From: Vicugna vicugna
Lineage: Eukaryota
NCBI GenBank assembly: GCA_013265495.1
Contig: MU063897.1
Span: 6,412,489-6,476,488, forward strand
Reading direction: 5' to 3'
DNA: 64,000 nucleotides
Positions 59,881-64,000 of this stretch are shown one piece after another (the stretch's first letter is position 1; the number at the start of each line of letters is the position of its first letter). A model generated the notes under the pieces. The model ran no database searches, was not told the DNA's origin, and worked only from the letters and a program-made list of their open reading frames with translations. A program made the position numbers and the translations under genes.

Positions 59881-61964
59881 TTCTGGGGACACTGAAGGGG
59901 AAAGAGAAGCCAACAAATCTCCAGAGAGCTCGTTGGGTTCAGATCATGTGAGGCCTTGAGAGTCTTGGTCCGGATTTTATTCTGTGTGTGATGGGAGCAT
60001 GATTAACGTCTCCTCCATGCCAGGTGCTGCACTGAGGTCTGGGGACGCCTTGGGGGCTGAATGAGAACTAAGCAAGCAGTAATTGTGGAGGATGGGACAT
60101 CCCATGGTGCGTGAGGTACAAGCAGCCCTCTCGAGGTCTCTGCAGATCAGATACAAGTGGATGAGTGAGTGAGTGAATGGATGAGAGTGAATAGGTGAAT
60201 GAGAGTGAAAGGATGGATGGAACAACAAATTAGGGAAGGAGAGGTGACCTAGTGTCTCGTGGACCTGGGGAGAAAGAGCTCCCCAAAACAGCACACCTCC
60301 CTGTCCTTTAAATGGCCCTTCCTGCCAGCTACCCCCACCCAGGCTGAGCAGGTGCCAGCACAGGGGACGCAGGGGATGCTCACCCTCACAAGTGGGTGGG
60401 CATCACCTGGGGGAGGCCGATCTCTGCCCTAGCCCCCAATTTGGTCTGACCTTCTCACTATGAGTGTCCGCTCTGGGCCAGGACACACAGGCAGGGCACT
60501 GCCTCAAGAAGGTCCCTATGCTTGGGTGGCAGGGGTGTTTCTCCCTCCCGCCCAGGATGCCAGGCCCTCAATAAAGCTTCTGTGTGGCATCTGATGGGTC
60601 TTAGCCGTTGGCATTTGCTTCTAGAGAATGAATCAGTTCAAGATGGTAAGAGATGAGAACATGGCTCCTTCTCACTGGTAGAGAGAAGTGGTTAAAGAAA
60701 AGACAGAAACTGGGGGGGGGGAGAAAAAAAAAAAAGAAAAGACAGAAACTTCTGAGAGCAGTTAACCTCGAGGCCAGCCACAGCCCCTAGGTTCCTCCTT
60801 GTGAAATGTGGTATCTATAGGGGATTCCTTCAGCAGGAGTCGAGGGGCCAGAGGCCCAGGAGGAGCCAAAACACCAGACACAGCATCCCTGGCTAGGGAG
60901 CCCCCACCCCAGCCATGAAGGGCCTGTAGCAACCTCGAACTAGGCACGTGTTCTGACAAAGAGGCAAGCACCCGCTGTACAGGGGCAGTAAGAGGGCTCT
61001 AGCTACAGTGGAAACAGAAGAGGGCTGGCCTCAGAACCTCTTGCGGTCTGTCCAGGCTGATCTATTCTTGGCAGCCTCCCCTCTTCAAAATTCACAGCAT
61101 ATGTGAGTGCATGCATACACCCTCATATACCTCCCTCTTCCTTGATTTTTCTGCCACCTGCGATGCCATCCACCCACTGACCCATCCATCCATCACTGTC
61201 TTGATGGAGGGCCTGCTCCAGGTGCTGAGAACACCCTGGTGAACAAGACAAAGGGGGCCCCTGCTCCCGAGGTGTTTACTGGGGGAGGGGCTGTGCATGG
61301 GAGGGATACAGTACACAGTATTCACATCTAGTACGTAGTTTGCTTACACACACGTCTCGTCCCACCTCTGTAGAGAGGCTGTAACAGGGTAACGGAAAGG
61401 AGCGTGCCTGGGGGATGGGGGAATTCAGCTAGTGGTCAAGGAAGTCTCTGATTTCACCCTAGACTCTGAGGAGGAGAAGAGACAGTCACGCAAAGCTCTG
61501 GGGGAAGAGGGCTCATCCAGAGGGAACCACAGAGCAAAGCTGGGAGACGGAAATGAGGTTGTGTCTTATAAGCCACAGAAAGGAGTTTGGTTTTCTCCTA
61601 AGCACCCCTGGGCCTGCCTACCCAAACCCCTCCCCACCCTAAGGCCTTCTCCTCAGGGCCTTCCTTGAATGCCTGCCACGCCCTCCTTTGCCAACCTGCT
61701 GGACCCACTGGCAGTCACCTGACTCTCCCCTCCTTTCCCTGCTGTTGTGGAGAATTTGTCAGGGAGCTGCCACCCTCAGGGCCCCTCTCACCTTCCCAGG
61801 GGGTCCCCTGATGCACAGGCCAGCTCCCCCAAGCCACCCCAGCCTCCAAGGACACAGATGCTCCCAACCCTCTCCCTTCAGTGTGGCCCAGAGAGCCTGG
61901 AGCACCACAGGAGCTCCCTAAGGAACGGGGGACCACAGGAGGGCCCCAAGCTCCACAGACTGTG

Positions 61965-62146
61965 TGGGTTTAGTGCCCACCCTAAATTCAGGATGACCTC
62001 GTGTCACAATCCTTAACTTAATTACACTCACAAAGACCCTTTTTCCAAATAAGGTCATATTCACAGGTTCCGGGAAATGAGTTCACAGGTTCCAGGTTAG
62101 GATGTGGACGTATCTTTTTGGGGGACCACTATTCACCTCACTACAA
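61965..62146 (-). mobile_element. MLT1C/D-like LTR 5' portion
   Basis: Reverse complement reads TGTAGTGAGGTGAATAGTGGTCCCCCAAAAAGATACGTCCAC...GACCTTATTTGGAAAAAGGGTCTTTG; internal 22-bp-period duplication of TTCACAGGTTCC. Confidence 0.7.
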
Positions 62147-62552
62147 GGGTCATGGGAGAGTCCACAGGGCTGGCCAGATACCTGAGGGAGGCTTGGATCC
62201 CTAACTAGACTGCCATCGCCCTGAGGGCTGGCATGACTTTCTACATTCCCTTCATCCTTGGCAATACCTGGCACGGAGCTGGGTGTGATGAACGTGAGGG
62301 TACTGCCTGATACCTTCAGAAGGGACAGGGGAGTGTCTGGAGAGAGTGGGTCAAGGGTGTCTGGGGCCCGAGACAAGCTGTGAGGATCTGAAAGCTGAGT
62401 GAACGGGGGAGACAGATCCCCTCTGGCTCTGCTGGCCGATATGGGGCCCAAGGAAGAAGAGTCAAATTTCCCAAACTAATTAGAGGAAAGAAGATGTGAA
62501 GGTTACTAGAGGGACCCCCACCCCACCCAAAATGACATGTACGCTCACGGGT

Positions 62553-62720
62553 GTGCCATGGTTGGAATGTGTGTGCTCCTCAAAATTCAAGTAGAAATCC
62601 TAATGCCCAATGTGATGGAAATTAGGAGCAGGGCCTTTGGGAGGGTAGAGCTCTCATGAATGGGATTAGTGTTCTTATCAAAGAGGCTCCACAGAGCTCC
62701 CGGGGCCCCTCTGACCTGGG
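62553..62720 (+). mobile_element. MLT1A/B-like LTR 5' portion running into the assembly gap
   Basis: TGCCATGGTTGGAATGTGTGTG..CCTCAAAATTCA.GTAGAAATCCTAA..CCCAATGTGATGG...CTCTCATGAATGGGATTAGTG. Confidence 0.7.
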
Positions 62721-62897
62721 NNNNNNNNNNNNNNNNNNNNNNNNNNNNNNNNNNNNNNNNNNNNNNNNNNNNNNNNNNNNNNNNNNNNNNNNNNNNNNNN
62801 NNNNNNNNNNNNNNNNNNNNNNNNNNNNNNNNNNNNNNNNNNNNNNNNNNNNNNNNNNNNNNNNNNNNNNNNNNNNNNNNNNNNNNNNNNNNNNNNN
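62721..62897. other. Assembly gap (177 N)
   Basis: Run of n. Confidence 0.99.
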
Positions 62898-64000
62898 CAG
62901 ACAATGCCTGTGGGGAGGGAAAAAGGAATAACTGATCTACTCCCCTGGCTCTCTACAGGCTGGCGTGGGTCCTCGTGTGAAGTGGGCCAGGCCAGCAAAT
63001 GAACCCTGTGCCCAACTGCCTGGGTCAGGTGTCTCAAACTTTGTGTTGCTGACAGATGGATGAAGACAGACGCTCTTAAAGAAACAGCCTTGGGCATAGG
63101 AGGAGGGCCCAGAGAACCTGCATGAAACTGCCAAAGGCTCTTCCTTCACTGTGAAAAACAAAAACAAACACCCCTCCTTCATTTCATCCCTTTCATTTCA
63201 GAGGGGCGGACGCCAACCCCCAACTCCAGGAGTAACCCCAGTGGGCAGGAGCCCAAGTCGCTCTGGTGAGAATCAGCCTGGGGCTGCTGATGGTTTAGAG
63301 CAAGCAGCCACCTGGAGGGTATGCTCTGGGCTCTCAGAAAACCCCCCTCCAAAAGCAACCAACCCACCTCACAGCCTGCTTCCTTGATGCCTCAGATCAC
63401 AGAATCAGAATGCAGTTTGATTTGAGATTTTGGTTAAGATATATAAACCTCTCCCTGGGCAGTGACCGTGAGCCTGGTTAAAGGTTCCTGCCTGAATAGA
63501 AACAAGCTTCAGCTTCTCAATGGACAACAGGGTCTGGTTAGGAGAGCAAGCATAGAGGCCTTAAGGGAAGGGGACAAGATGGGCAGAGGGGAGAAGGATG
63601 AAGAAACAGTCAAAGCCAGCCTCTGCCGGCTTCCCACTCCTTCTGCAAGCTGGTCCTGCCCTCGATGTCCAGCTGGTTGCTGACTGCAGCCTCCCAGCCT
63701 TCACCCGGTTAGCTTTGTCCATGCTGAAGTCTGAACGGCTGGAGGGCAGCCCCTGCTTATCTTTCCCCTGAAGCCACTATGCCACCTCTGACCTGATGAC
63801 AGTCGGGGGACAGCAGGCCACCTTCTCACCTGCTTTCAGCCTCTGATGTGGCTGAGATGACATCCCCACCATCTGTGGTCTTGTGCCTGACTCAGACTGC
63901 ACTCTGCCACCCAATCCTGCTTCTCACCTGCTACACGTGGCCTTGCTTGCCCTTGATCCAGATCAGTAAAGACAAGGGGCCCTTTGGGCTGGGGGAGGGC

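Noticed and set aside
60000-64000. Possible ortholog of the human antisense lncRNA SH3PXD2A-AS1, recalled to lie upstream of exon 4
   Set aside because: Nothing in the sequence identifies a lncRNA promoter or exons; its position may fall outside the window.
1-64000. CRISPR arrays, operons or other prokaryotic/viral systems
   Set aside because: The sequence is clearly mammalian intronic DNA; no regularly spaced repeat-spacer array or compact gene cluster was seen.

Overview
GC-rich mammalian genomic DNA, probably camelid (inferred from a tRNA-Ala-derived SINE family and a lineage-type L1 3' end). The whole window lies inside one minus-strand gene, SH3PXD2A (Tks5/Fish). Four coding exons are present (55523-55599, 47706-47797, 22486-22514, 2465-2509; exons 4-7 by human numbering). 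They splice in frame to [82 protein letters not shown], the C-terminal half of the PX domain plus the PX-SH3 linker. The rest is intron containing MIR, L2, L1, SINE, MaLR/ERVL LTR and hAT elements, microsatellites and a 177-N assembly gap. The most interesting signal is a candidate internal-promoter, N-terminal-swap system. A CpG island abuts exon 6 and supplies an in-frame ATG giving MSVCCCFFFR-DYGSSKRKS, a possible palmitoylation anchor replacing the PX domain, preceded by a uORF that stops 2 nt before it. A second CpG patch at about 35.1-35.4 kb has a phase-matched donor that would also give a Cys-containing N-terminus. Other findings: an RBFOX-motif-flanked 45-nt exon, a perfect 14-bp inverted repeat, a Z-DNA-type quasi-palindrome and three unusual retro-insertions. 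Repeat family names come from recalled consensus motifs, not from a search, and repeat boundaries without TSDs are approximate.
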